Assembly: GCA_964609695.1 (NCBI GenBank)
Contig: CAZSSP010000005.1
Coordinates: 69,345 to 133,344 of the forward strand
Reading direction: 5' to 3'
From: an uncultured Bacteriovoracaceae bacterium
GTDB lineage: Bacteria > Bdellovibrionota > UBA2428
Length of the DNA: 64,000 nucleotides
In this document: piece after piece, positions 37,299 through 47,250 of the stretch
Layout: every line of letters starts with the position of its first letter
Position numbering within the stretch: position 1 is the first letter of the stretch
Position numbers and translations under genes: made by a program
Notes under the pieces: model-generated
What the model was told of the DNA's origin: nothing
Database searches by the model: none
What the model saw: only the letters and a program-made list of their open reading frames with translations

Positions 37299-38306
37299 GT
37301 GACTCTACTACTCGATCTCGAACATCCTGAGCAGATCGATAGAGTCATAAAATGCTTTAAGATGGATGAACCCGTGGCTCTTCCTACTGAAACTGTTTAT
37401 GGATTAGCCGCGCCATTGAACAATGAAAAAGCCATCGCTAAAGTTTATAAACTCAAGGCTCGCCCCTACTTCAATCCTTTAATTGTGCATGTCTTAGACT
37501 GGGAACAGGCCATGAGGTATCTCGACAATCCGCCTCTCATAGCTCAAAAACTTGCTGAAAAATTTTGGCCTGGACCTCTAACTCTTTTGCTCAAAAAAAA
37601 CTCTCGAGTTCCAGATTTATGCACCAATGCTTCACCTTGGGTGGCTGTTCGCGCACCTAAGCACCCTCATTTCAGAACTATTTTGCACAGATTAAACTCG
37701 CCACTTGTGGCTCCAAGCGCAAATCGTTACACGCAAGTTTCAACTGTCACCGCTCAAGACGTCATAGAAGAATTAGGACCCTTTGGACTTGAGGCCGTAG
37801 TTGAAGGAGGTCGCTCAGAGCTTGGAATGGAAAGCACCATCGTGCAGGTTCTTAACGATAATGAATTACAACTCTTAAGACCTGGAGCCCTCAGTCTTGA
37901 ATCGATAAAAAGATTTTTAGGTGAAGGAATTAAAATTTATTCAGCTAAGAAATCTGAAGAAAACCTAAGCCCAGGCCAAGCTGCCAAACACTATTCTCCA
38001 AAAATTCCCACTTTCTTCATTGAGACTCAAAATGATCTTATGGATATAGCTCATCTCGATTTTTCAAAAAGCACTCTACTGAGAGTTTTCAAAAAAGACG
38101 CGCCTTGGATTGATGCTAAAAATTTTGGCAAAGAATTTATTTTAAGCCCAGAAAACTCTGATCTTATGGCGGCCACCCGACTTTATCGATGCTTGAGAGA
38201 CCTTGAATCATCAAACACCAGCAACATCATTGCCATTAAAAGCTCCGATGATGGTCTAGGATTGGCCATCAACGACAGATTAAGAAGAGCGGCGGGACGA
38301 GGATAA
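37299..38306 (+). CDS. tsaC: L-threonylcarbamoyladenylate synthase (Sua5/YrdC/TsaC, long form)
   Basis: 335 aa, GTG start. PTETVYGLAA, KARPYFNPLIVHV, VAPSANRY, plus a Sua5-type C-terminal domain. Confidence 0.88.
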   Translation: MTLLLDLEHPEQIDRVIKCFKMDEPVALPTETVYGLAAPLNNEKAIAKVYKLKARPYFNPLIVHVLDWEQAMRYLDNPPLIAQKLAEKFWPGPLTLLLKKNSRVPDLCTNASPWVAVRAPKHPHFRTILHRLNSPLVAPSANRYTQVSTVTAQDVIEELGPFGLEAVVEGGRSELGMESTIVQVLNDNELQLLRPGALSLESIKRFLGEGIKIYSAKKSEENLSPGQAAKHYSPKIPTFFIETQNDLMDIAHLDFSKSTLLRVFKKDAPWIDAKNFGKEFILSPENSDLMAATRLYRCLRDLESSNTSNIIAIKSSDDGLGLAINDRLRRAAGRG

Positions 38307-39200
38307 TACCCCGTGACGGAGTCCTAGCCCTGTTACATAAAATTCTTTCATTCCAAAAAGTTTCAAACATTCTTCAACGACAAGGATTCCTGCTGGCAAA
38401 ATATCAGCTCGTCCTTTTTCAACTTTATAACGACGAATGCGCTGATTTAAACTTAATGCTCTGAGGGATTTACAAAAAATTTCCATATCTCTAAGCGAAG
38501 TATGATAGGTGGATTCTCCAGACTCTTTGGCCCCCGAAGATCTCGCCGCTTGCATGAGCGTTCCGCCTATGACAACCGCAACTTTTCTCTTTCCAATTTT
38601 CTTCACTAACTTTTCTACACCTAATTTAGTGAGTTGCCTCTTCAGTTGATTTCTCTTTTTTTCCCAAATCAAATCACTAATCACACCTGAGGGAAGATTT
38701 AATCCTTCAAAAGCACGAACAGCCCCTAATGGAAATGAGTGAAAAATTTCTTTTGGAGATAAAACGCCGATTTCAGTTGAAGCTCCGCCCAAATCTAAAA
38801 ACACTGCATCCTTTAAATTTAATTTATCAAACTTTAGAACTTGAGCGGCTCCCATAAAACTCAAAAGAGCTTCTTCATGACCTTTTAAAACACGAAGTTT
38901 GACTCCAAAAATATCTTTGACCATTTGAAGCACTCGATCTTGATTAGTGGCTACACGAACAGCTTCGGTTGCAACAACCACCACCTTTTTAACTTTCAAG
39001 GAGCTCATTTTGGCTTGAAAAGCCCTGAAAGCCTTTTGGGTTTTTTCCAGACTTTCCTCACTCAAATAGCCATTTCGGTCTAGTCCTCGCCCCAATCGAG
39101 TCACGAAGGAAAGGTTTAGGGCCGGGACTACGACGCCGCGTTGTATTTTTGCAACAAGAACTTTTACTGAGTTACTTCCGATATCGACGACAGCAAACAT
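38280..39200 (-). CDS. Ppx/GppA family phosphatase (short form)
   Basis: 306 aa. MFAVVDIGSNSVKVLVA and LDLGGASTEI actin-like ATPase motifs. Confidence 0.82.
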   Translation of the reverse strand: MFAVVDIGSNSVKVLVAKIQRGVVVPALNLSFVTRLGRGLDRNGYLSEESLEKTQKAFRAFQAKMSSLKVKKVVVVATEAVRVATNQDRVLQMVKDIFGVKLRVLKGHEEALLSFMGAAQVLKFDKLNLKDAVFLDLGGASTEIGVLSPKEIFHSFPLGAVRAFEGLNLPSGVISDLIWEKKRNQLKRQLTKLGVEKLVKKIGKRKVAVVIGGTLMQAARSSGAKESGESTYHTSLRDMEIFCKSLRALSLNQRIRRYKVEKGRADILPAGILVVEECLKLFGMKEFYVTGLGLRHGVLSSSRRSS

Positions 39201-39218
39201 AGGGCCTAACTTATCCCT

Positions 39219-40643
39219 ATGATTGGAATACTTCTAGCGGCGGGTCGCGGAACCCGAATGAAATCTGAAAAACCTAAGGTCCTCTTTAAAATAAACGACG
39301 AACCCATGGCTTTCGCTCCTCTACGTTGCCTGATTGATCTTTGCGATAAAGTCCTCATAGTTATTGGTCATGGCGGCGAAGATGTAAAATCGGAGCTTAC
39401 AAATCGAATTAAAGAAGTTTATGGAGATAGTCCTTTGTCTTCAAAAGTTCACTTTGTCACTCAAGATCCACCCAAAGGCACGGGCGACGCTGTTAAAACA
39501 GCTTTTGCGGCTTATCCCGGAAAATGGAAAAATGAGGATCAACTTTTGGTTCTCAACGGAGACCTCCCTTTAATTAAGGAAGACACCCTTAAATTTTTAA
39601 TTGATGAATTCAACAAGAAAAAACTTAGCTCTGCTTGCTTAAGCTTCTTCACTCGCAATCCCAAGGGATTTGGACGAATTTACCGAGACAAAAGAGGTGT
39701 CTTTAGCAAGATCATAGAAGAAAACGATGCCACTGAAGAAGAAAAACGCATCGCTGAGGTGAACTCAGGTGTTTATCTTTTTCAAGTTTCAGAACTCATA
39801 AGCGCCTTAGAAAAACTTAAGATCAATACAAAAAAACAAGAATTCTATTTAACAGACGTTCTAGGTAACAAAGAAAACTTAGCCTCTGAAGCTTTGGCGT
39901 GGAAAAGTCCTAGAGATTTGATGGGAGTCAATACAACTTTTGAACTCGCCAAGGCTCGAAGCCTTGCTCAAATGAGGCTTCTAAAAAATTTAGCCGAAAA
40001 CATTGGCGTTGATTTTCTCGATCCTAGAAGAACTTACATTTCAGCTCGAGCCAAATTTCATGGTCCTTGCCAAGTGGGCCCCGGTACAATGATCCTAGGT
40101 CGCAGTGAAATCGGTGCTGGAGTACAAATCATAGGCAATGCATACATTACTGATTCAAAGATAGCTTCCAACACAATTGTAGATTGGTCCTCAGTTATAA
40201 AAGAAAGTGAAATCGGACAAAGTGCTCACATCGGCCCCATGGCCCATCTTCGTCCTAAAACACATTTAGGCGACGAAGTTCGAGTCGGTAACTTTGTAGA
40301 AACTAAAAACACTCATATGGCCAATGGAGCCAAAGCGGCCCATTTAAGTTATTTGGGGGATTCTGAAATTGGAGAGCAAACAAATATTGGATGCGGAACC
40401 ATCACTTGCAATTACGATGGATTTAATAAGCTCAAAACTACAATTGGAAAAAGAGCCTTTATCGGAAGCGATTCTCAATTAGTGGCTCCTGTGAATATCG
40501 GCGACGATGCCTACATAGGATCCGGAACCACTGTCACTCAAGATGTTCCCAATGGAGCTCTTGCGCTATCTCGATCGAATTTAGTTATTAAAGAAGGTTA
40601 TGCAAAAAAACTTGCCGCTCTAAAAAGAAAATCTAAGGAATAA
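39219..40643 (+). CDS. glmU: Bifunctional UDP-N-acetylglucosamine diphosphorylase / glucosamine-1-phosphate N-acetyltransferase
   Basis: 474 aa. LAAGRGTRMKSEKPKVL. Left-handed beta-helix hexapeptide repeats in the C-terminal half. Confidence 0.93.
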   Translation: MIGILLAAGRGTRMKSEKPKVLFKINDEPMAFAPLRCLIDLCDKVLIVIGHGGEDVKSELTNRIKEVYGDSPLSSKVHFVTQDPPKGTGDAVKTAFAAYPGKWKNEDQLLVLNGDLPLIKEDTLKFLIDEFNKKKLSSACLSFFTRNPKGFGRIYRDKRGVFSKIIEENDATEEEKRIAEVNSGVYLFQVSELISALEKLKINTKKQEFYLTDVLGNKENLASEALAWKSPRDLMGVNTTFELAKARSLAQMRLLKNLAENIGVDFLDPRRTYISARAKFHGPCQVGPGTMILGRSEIGAGVQIIGNAYITDSKIASNTIVDWSSVIKESEIGQSAHIGPMAHLRPKTHLGDEVRVGNFVETKNTHMANGAKAAHLSYLGDSEIGEQTNIGCGTITCNYDGFNKLKTTIGKRAFIGSDSQLVAPVNIGDDAYIGSGTTVTQDVPNGALALSRSNLVIKEGYAKKLAALKRKSKE

Positions 40644-40649
40644 TTTTGT

Positions 40650-42533
40650 ATGTGTGGAATTGTTGGTTACGCGGGATCACAAAGCGCTAAAAATATTTTA
40701 ATTCAAGGACTCAAATCTCTTGAATATCGAGGTTACGACTCCGCTGGCGTTGCTTTATACGATCAATCTCAAAAAGATTTCTGGATACGTCGCTCGGTGG
40801 GAAGAGTGGCTCAACTCGAAGAGAGCACCCAAAAGGAAGGTGAACTCCCTCAACAAGGCATTGCCCATACTCGATGGGCGACTCACGGAGTTCCCAGCGA
40901 AATTAACGCTCACCCTCACCGCGTCGGACGAGTGGTTCTTGTTCACAATGGAATCATTGAAAATCACGCCCAACTAAAAAAAGATCTCTTAGCTCAAAAT
41001 CTAAAATTTGTTTCGCAAACAGACACTGAAGTTTTTGCTCAATTACTAAATTTAGAAATTCAAAACTATTCTAAATCTCAAAATTTTGATTTGCTCAACA
41101 CTATTGAAAAAACTAAAATAGTTCTTGAGGCCATTCGCGAAGCCAGTCGCAAAACTGAAGGTCACTACTCCGTTCTTTTTATGGTTAATGGAATCGAAAA
41201 CATTGAATTTGCTCTTCACCGTGGAGCCCCTCTCGTCACTGGTCTCAGCTCAAAAGGTTTCCATATCGCCAGCGATCTTCAAGCTCTTTTACCTTACACT
41301 CAGCAATTGCATTTTATGAGTCCACACCAATTATTAGTGGCCAGCCCAGAACAATTAAAATTTTATAATATTGAAAGTCTTGCTGAAATTTCTGTTCCGC
41401 TTGAAAACATTCAATGGACCGCAGATAAAGTTGAAAAAGAGGGCTTCGAGCATTTTATGCTCAAAGAGATTCACCAGCAACCTATGACCGTTGCCGACAC
41501 ATTAAGCGGAAGACTTCCACTGGCAAACCATGAAACTTTTATTTGGGACCATCCCAAAGCTCATGAGGCATTATGGAAAAACGTTAAACGTTTATATCTT
41601 GTAGCCTGTGGAACGGCTTATCACGCAGCACTTGTAGGAAAATATTATTTTGAAAACTATGCGCGTATCCCCGTTGAAGTAGACCTCGCCAGTGAATTCA
41701 GATACCGCTCTCCTATTTTAGAAGCTGGGACTGTTGTTGGAGTGATTTCTCAATCGGGAGAAACGGCCGACACCTTAGCGGCTCTAAGACTCGCCAACGA
41801 AATGGGTGTCTCAACTTTTTCAATTTGCAACGTGCCTGGTTCCACCATTATGCGTGAATCGCAATTTCAATATTCGACTAAGGCGGGTCCAGAAATTGGA
41901 GTCGCATCCACTAAAGCCTTTACAGGCCAGCTCACCTTACTCTGTGCACTCGCTCTTGATGTAGCCAAACTTCGCGGAAACAAAGACCCTCTTGTTGAAG
42001 AAGCTGTTGATTCACTTTCAAGACTTCCCCACGATTTAGAAATCACGCTCCAGCAAGATGAAACATTTAGAAAAATTGGAGCTTCTTTAGCTAACAAAAG
42101 AACCATACTCTTTATTGGACGTGGCACCATGTATCCTATTGCACTAGAGGGTGCGCTTAAACTTAAAGAAATCACTTATCGCCACGCTGAAGGTTACGCC
42201 GCCGGCGAACTCAAACACGGTCCCATTGCCATGGTCGATGAAAACTTAGTTGCCATAGTTTTAGGCCCCACAGAGAAACTCCTTCAAAAAACTCTTTCAA
42301 ATTTAGAAGAAATTCGCTCAAGAAGAGGAATCATCATTGGAGTGGGCGAATCCGATAACGAAGATTTTATAGAACTTTGCGATGAATACATAAAAGTTCC
42401 CCGATGCTCTTGGGCCACGGCTCCAATTATCTACAACATCCCGCTACAACTCATTTCCTATGGATTGGCACAGCACTTAGGTCTCGATATCGACAAACCT
42501 CGCAATCTCGCAAAATCTGTAACCGTAGAATAG
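40650..42533 (+). CDS. glmS: Glutamine--fructose-6-phosphate aminotransferase
   Basis: 627 aa. MCGIVGY Ntn-cysteine start. Two SIS domains (SQSGETADT). C-terminal KSVTVE. Confidence 0.97.
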   Translation: MCGIVGYAGSQSAKNILIQGLKSLEYRGYDSAGVALYDQSQKDFWIRRSVGRVAQLEESTQKEGELPQQGIAHTRWATHGVPSEINAHPHRVGRVVLVHNGIIENHAQLKKDLLAQNLKFVSQTDTEVFAQLLNLEIQNYSKSQNFDLLNTIEKTKIVLEAIREASRKTEGHYSVLFMVNGIENIEFALHRGAPLVTGLSSKGFHIASDLQALLPYTQQLHFMSPHQLLVASPEQLKFYNIESLAEISVPLENIQWTADKVEKEGFEHFMLKEIHQQPMTVADTLSGRLPLANHETFIWDHPKAHEALWKNVKRLYLVACGTAYHAALVGKYYFENYARIPVEVDLASEFRYRSPILEAGTVVGVISQSGETADTLAALRLANEMGVSTFSICNVPGSTIMRESQFQYSTKAGPEIGVASTKAFTGQLTLLCALALDVAKLRGNKDPLVEEAVDSLSRLPHDLEITLQQDETFRKIGASLANKRTILFIGRGTMYPIALEGALKLKEITYRHAEGYAAGELKHGPIAMVDENLVAIVLGPTEKLLQKTLSNLEEIRSRRGIIIGVGESDNEDFIELCDEYIKVPRCSWATAPIIYNIPLQLISYGLAQHLGLDIDKPRNLAKSVTVE

Positions 42534-42673
42534 TTCGTTAACACATTCTTAATGAATTCTTTTCGCATTTTTTTTATAGATTTTTGATTAAGTAAACTAT
42601 TCTAATAGAGTCATTTCAAATCTGAGTTTATTCTCACGTTTTACGATAGAAACTCCGAAATACATTGAGGTTT

Positions 42674-44230
42674 ATGGTCAAAATACATTTCATATTATTT
42701 TGTATTCTAGTGTGTTTTAGTTCAGACTCTTTTGCTGTTGATCCCAACGATTTTTTCAATATTCTATATCCTAAAACACCCCAAGCTCAACGCGCCACGA
42801 CTCCAAAAATTCCTCCTTCCTTAATTAATGAACTCTCCCCTTCTAATTTTTTAATTAGAGTCTCCAATGAAACCGTTTCAGAAATAAAAAAAAGAATAGC
42901 TGCACTTACTGAAAATGATCCCGCCCGAAAGTTACTAGAACAAGATTTAAAAAAATATCTTGGAACCTATGAACATCTTAGCCGACATTTAAAAGCCCTA
43001 AGACAAAGTGCCACAACCATGGGGCTCAATGATATGGAACTTAGAAACATGAGTTATGGAATTATTTATTCTGATTACGGAAAAGGGAAATTAGGTGTTG
43101 AACTTTTACTACCCGGCCCCAACACCTCAGCCTCAGAATTAAACCGATCCAATAGATTGCTTAAAGTTTTATCCGGACAGACTGAAGGAATGAGCGCAAA
43201 AGACATCGAAGCTGCTGAAATCATCAAAGAACTTGCGGGAGGTCATTTACTTCCTCAAAAATCACTTGAGGAGATCAGAAAAGGATTCAAGGATTTCCCC
43301 GCCAGAATAGGTTACCTTCACGAATTACCTGGAATGATTCATGCCCTTGAAGCACTCGATAAAGGTTTGAGTTTAGAAGAATTTAAAATTCGAATTCAAA
43401 CAAATCTATATCACAATGGCCCCAATGAAGGTTTTTGGAAACATGTTTTGGAAAACTTTGCTAAAGGCAATGATGATTTTTTCAAAGGAACTGTATTTGA
43501 AAAAGGCTACCCCTCCCCTAACAATCGCTATAGTTTGTGGCACACTTTACTCGACAGGCTCGACCAAGGCACCGGCGGAGGTCATCTAAAAATTGAAGCC
43601 GAAACAAAAGGTATAGTTCCCATTCAAAAGTTCATACACGAAATGATGAACGACAATCCCGATGGCACTTTAGAACAATTTAAAATCCTCAATCAAAAAG
43701 CCGAAGAGCTCTTAGCCGATAGTCCAAATGAAAAAAGATATTTTAAAAAAATCACAGACGACGCTACTCTTAGAATTAGAAACTTTAAGAGAGATGCAAA
43801 ACATAAAATTCAAATTACTTATAGACCCGCTATAAATTCATTAGGTGTTTCTCTAGGAAAAAATCCTGATGGCCATTTCAAAGACAACATTACCCAAATT
43901 AAAATAGGGAAAAACATCTATTCCTCGATAGATATTCCAGAAGACAAACGCCAAGCGGGCTTTAATTATTTCAGATGGGAAAGTCCTGAAGAATTAAAAC
44001 AAGGTCAACGAGCTATCACTGATAAATTAGTGCTGGATTGGAAAGCACAAACACGTGAGCTCAACAAAAACTTAGAACCTATGAACTTAGCAAAATATGG
44101 CCATCGTTTTGCAGATGTGGCGATAGGCCCTATTCATAGAGTTAATACAGAAGATCCTTGTAATAGCCGACTCGGTGAGCTTTCGCTTTTGAAAAACTTT
44201 AGTTCACCGGCACGTATGACTTCACCTTAA
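42674..44230 (+). CDS. Hypothetical secreted protein
   Basis: 518 aa from ATG 42674, preceded by GAGG (the track starts at TTG 42665). Signal peptide FILFCILVCFSSDSFA. No family recognised. Confidence 0.6.
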   Translation: MVKIHFILFCILVCFSSDSFAVDPNDFFNILYPKTPQAQRATTPKIPPSLINELSPSNFLIRVSNETVSEIKKRIAALTENDPARKLLEQDLKKYLGTYEHLSRHLKALRQSATTMGLNDMELRNMSYGIIYSDYGKGKLGVELLLPGPNTSASELNRSNRLLKVLSGQTEGMSAKDIEAAEIIKELAGGHLLPQKSLEEIRKGFKDFPARIGYLHELPGMIHALEALDKGLSLEEFKIRIQTNLYHNGPNEGFWKHVLENFAKGNDDFFKGTVFEKGYPSPNNRYSLWHTLLDRLDQGTGGGHLKIEAETKGIVPIQKFIHEMMNDNPDGTLEQFKILNQKAEELLADSPNEKRYFKKITDDATLRIRNFKRDAKHKIQITYRPAINSLGVSLGKNPDGHFKDNITQIKIGKNIYSSIDIPEDKRQAGFNYFRWESPEELKQGQRAITDKLVLDWKAQTRELNKNLEPMNLAKYGHRFADVAIGPIHRVNTEDPCNSRLGELSLLKNFSSPARMTSP

Positions 44231-44948
44231 AAAGTTCCACAAAGGCTTGTAGCACTAAATAGTTTTCTTCAGAAATAGTTAGGAACTCAATCCCCACACC
44301 AGGCCCCGGACTTCCCTTAATCCAACGAACAATCCCTTTACCTTGAATCAAATAATGAGGAAATGCATCAACCTTGATATTGAAATCTAAAATCTGCCCG
44401 ATTTCGGGAATCTTCTGACCAAAATCTAGTCTTAAGAAAAATCCGCCACGCCCAATATTCCCTACAGACGCTTTCAATTCTTCATTTGTCTTAGAATTCA
44501 CAACATGACCATGAATGTCTTTCACATCAATTCTTGGGAAATGTCGGCGTTCACTTATACGAGTCGCCAGCTCTTTAATTTCAGAAATATTAAAAGGCTT
44601 TTCAATCAACCCAAAGGCACCAGCCTGGTGGCAATCAAATAGTGTTATTCGTGGATTAGAACTGGCAAAAACAATTTCCGGCTTTTGAACTTTACGGCGT
44701 CTAATTTCCTTAGCCACCTCAAAGCCTTCTTTTTCATGTTCATCCAAATCAATAATCACAAGGTCTAAATCAGGAAGCACAGGAGCCCCCCAAAGCGTGG
44801 AAAATGCCTCCATGGATATACAGGATTCAACGCTGATGCCTGAACCAACGGCATTTAAATGCGGCACAACTCCAGCCGTACTTCGTCCACTAGGATCAAA
44901 GAGGAGCACATGCATTGGGTTTTGTGATTCTTGTTTTTCTAAGCTCAT
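44199..44948 (-). CDS. Response-regulator receiver domain + PilZ domain protein
   Basis: 249 aa. REC features DLVIIDL, VFASS, IEKPF. PilZ motifs RRHFPR (RxxxR) and NIGRGGFFL (variant of D/NxSxxG). Confidence 0.68.
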   Translation of the reverse strand: MSLEKQESQNPMHVLLFDPSGRSTAGVVPHLNAVGSGISVESCISMEAFSTLWGAPVLPDLDLVIIDLDEHEKEGFEVAKEIRRRKVQKPEIVFASSNPRITLFDCHQAGAFGLIEKPFNISEIKELATRISERRHFPRIDVKDIHGHVVNSKTNEELKASVGNIGRGGFFLRLDFGQKIPEIGQILDFNIKVDAFPHYLIQGKGIVRWIKGSPGPGVGIEFLTISEENYLVLQAFVELFKVKSYVPVN

Positions 44949-45054
44949 ACAAAATCTAATTATGCCTTAGTCTTATATTGCACAGTGTTATATTTTATAG
45001 TAATTTACATGAGTTCTTGGTAAAGCCAAAAGGTAAATAATTACAAAAATTTAT

Positions 45055-46401
45055 ATGATTAATATACTTATCTCAGAAGACGACAGCCTCATACAAGAAG
45101 TCCTAAAAGCTCTCCTTGCTCCAAATAAAGTCACTATATTCAATAACTTATCTGAACTTTTAGAAAAATCTGGAACTGCTTCCGCCGACCTTCTTTTAAT
45201 TGATCTCTGCCATGCTGCCGACCCCAAAGGAACCCAGAGCTTAGCCTCCATTCCTGAGCTTAAACGTAAGTATCCGTGCGCCGAAATCGTCGTTCAATCT
45301 GGAGTCCAAGACATCTCCATCATGAGAAGTTGTCTAGAATATGGTGCCCGTAAATTTATTTTAAAGGACCACCTAGCTGATGAAATTCCGCTTTTGGTTG
45401 AAAGACTCAAACAAGAAAAAGTTTGGAAAGAGGCTATCGATAAAATCATGATAGGCGAATCTCAAGCCATGAAAGATCTCAAACGCGATATTCTTTTACT
45501 TAAAAGTCGCGGAACTGGATTTGACGTTTTGGTTGAGGGCGAAACTGGTAGCGGTAAGGAGCTTTGCGCTCGCGCACTTCACCAGCCCACAAATAGTCAC
45601 TTTGTTGAAGTTAATGCTGGTGCCATTCCAGAAGATCTCTTTGAAATGAGTTTTTTTGGTGCGGACAAAGGGGCCTATACTGGAGCTCAACAGGTTCGCG
45701 ATGGTTTCTTCGCCGAGGCCAATGGTGGAACGCTCTTTATTGATGAAATTCAGAATCTTTCCTATTCCAATCAAGCTAAGCTTTTAAGAGTTTTAGAAAC
45801 TCGCCAATTTCAAAGAGTGGGTTCAGCCCAAAACCAAAAATTTACTGGACGTATTATTTTTGCAAGCAATATTCACCTTCGTGAAAAGGTAGCTAAAAAT
45901 CAATTTCGAGAAGACCTCTACTACAGAATTTCTCAAGTTAGAGTTTATTCCCCTCCCCTCAGATTACGCCGAAGCGATATCCCGAGCATTGCTAATTCGT
46001 TCTTAAAGAACGAAGCCCAAAGCCCCATGAAATTTACAGAAAAAGCATTGGATTATCTTCAACAGTCCTATGACTGGCCAGGTAACGTCAGAGAGCTTAA
46101 AGGATTGGTGAAGCAATTTGCCCTAAAACACCCCCTACCTCTAATAGATGTTTTAGATATTGAAAAAGCTCTTCACGAACAATGGAGTGATTGGACTAAA
46201 AAGGCTCAAAGCGAAGTAGCCCCCGATCAATTCCAAATTTCTTGGGAACAGAATTTTGATGAAAACATCAAAACCCTCGAAAAGTTTCTTCTTAAAAAAA
46301 GCCTCGAAAAATGGGGATCAAAAGATGCGCGAGAAAAGCTCAACGTTAGCCGTTCTCGCTTTTACGATAAGCTAAAAGAATACCAACTTATTTCAGATTA
46401 A
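45055..46401 (+). CDS. Sigma-54-dependent Fis-family response regulator (NtrC-like)
   Basis: 448 aa. REC (ISEDD, LLLIDL). AAA+ GETGSGKELCARALH. GAFTGA-type loop read as GADKGAYTGA. LFIDEIQNL. C-terminal HTH SRSRFYDKLKEY. Confidence 0.9.
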   Translation: MINILISEDDSLIQEVLKALLAPNKVTIFNNLSELLEKSGTASADLLLIDLCHAADPKGTQSLASIPELKRKYPCAEIVVQSGVQDISIMRSCLEYGARKFILKDHLADEIPLLVERLKQEKVWKEAIDKIMIGESQAMKDLKRDILLLKSRGTGFDVLVEGETGSGKELCARALHQPTNSHFVEVNAGAIPEDLFEMSFFGADKGAYTGAQQVRDGFFAEANGGTLFIDEIQNLSYSNQAKLLRVLETRQFQRVGSAQNQKFTGRIIFASNIHLREKVAKNQFREDLYYRISQVRVYSPPLRLRRSDIPSIANSFLKNEAQSPMKFTEKALDYLQQSYDWPGNVRELKGLVKQFALKHPLPLIDVLDIEKALHEQWSDWTKKAQSEVAPDQFQISWEQNFDENIKTLEKFLLKKSLEKWGSKDAREKLNVSRSRFYDKLKEYQLISD

Positions 46402-46672
46402 TAGCTTCTTTGAGAACCTGGCTCACCTTGAAAGACATAACTCTTCGAGCCGAAATCTCCATAGCGCTACCCGATTGAGGGTTACGTCCTGTTCTAGAAC
46501 GCTTATCGCGCAAAACGAAATTTCCAAAACCAGAAATTTTCACGTTATGCCCGATCTCGAGTGAATCTTTAATAGAGTCGAATACCTGTTCTACCAAGTC
46601 AGCAGCTTCGAGCTTGGAAAATCCACACTTTTCAGCCACTTTCTCAACGATGTCGACCTTGGTCAGTGTCAT
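46388..46672 (-). CDS. ihfA: Integration host factor subunit alpha (HU/IHF family)
   Basis: 94 aa. GFGNFVLRDKRSRTGRNPQSGSAMEISARRVMSFK arm. Confidence 0.9.
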   Translation of the reverse strand: MTLTKVDIVEKVAEKCGFSKLEAADLVEQVFDSIKDSLEIGHNVKISGFGNFVLRDKRSRTGRNPQSGSAMEISARRVMSFKVSQVLKEAINLK

Positions 46673-46725
46673 AACTCTACCCCCTACTTAAAATTTAAAG
46701 GAAGTTACTGAAATTTCAAGGATTA

Positions 46726-47109
46726 TTATAGAGTGTTTTTACGCCTTAACACGACGCGAGACGATTTCTTACGCTCTTCATCCAATCTTCGAGCTTCTTC
46801 GAGCTGTTTTTCATGAAAAGCTTTAATTTGAGCCTTTAATTTTTGATACCACTCATCGACTCCCTCAACATCAATGAGGTTAGCCAATATATCCAATGAA
46901 GCCCTTGAGACTTTAATGGTCTCTCCGGCACGATTAGAAAGCACGTAAATCTCTTCCTGCTCTTTGGCCCCGGTTAAATCGCAAACTCCAGAACGATCAG
47001 GAAAAAAATGTGAGCGAATGCACTTAAGCGAAGGCGCGCCTTTCGAGAAAAGACGAACTTTCTGCTGATAAGACTCCATCAATTGAGGAGATACATAACG
47101 CAAGCTCAT
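46726..47109 (-). CDS. Hypothetical protein
   Basis: 127 aa with a basic C-terminal tail. No motif recognised. Confidence 0.5.
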   Translation of the reverse strand: MSLRYVSPQLMESYQQKVRLFSKGAPSLKCIRSHFFPDRSGVCDLTGAKEQEEIYVLSNRAGETIKVSRASLDILANLIDVEGVDEWYQKLKAQIKAFHEKQLEEARRLDEERKKSSRVVLRRKNTL

Positions 47110-47250
47110 GCATCCTCATTACGAAAATCAGCCATAGAAAGCAAGAATATTTCTCTTAAGCTCTCTTAAATGAAGGCCTATTTCTTATAGCTTTAATGAA
47201 GCTTCTTTGAATCTTGCCTAAAAGTGCGCTCAGACCTAGATTTCAATGCC

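Noticed and set aside
40644-40649. Checked for a glmS ribozyme upstream of glmS.
   Set aside because: Only 6 nt separate glmU and glmS, so there is no room for a ribozyme.
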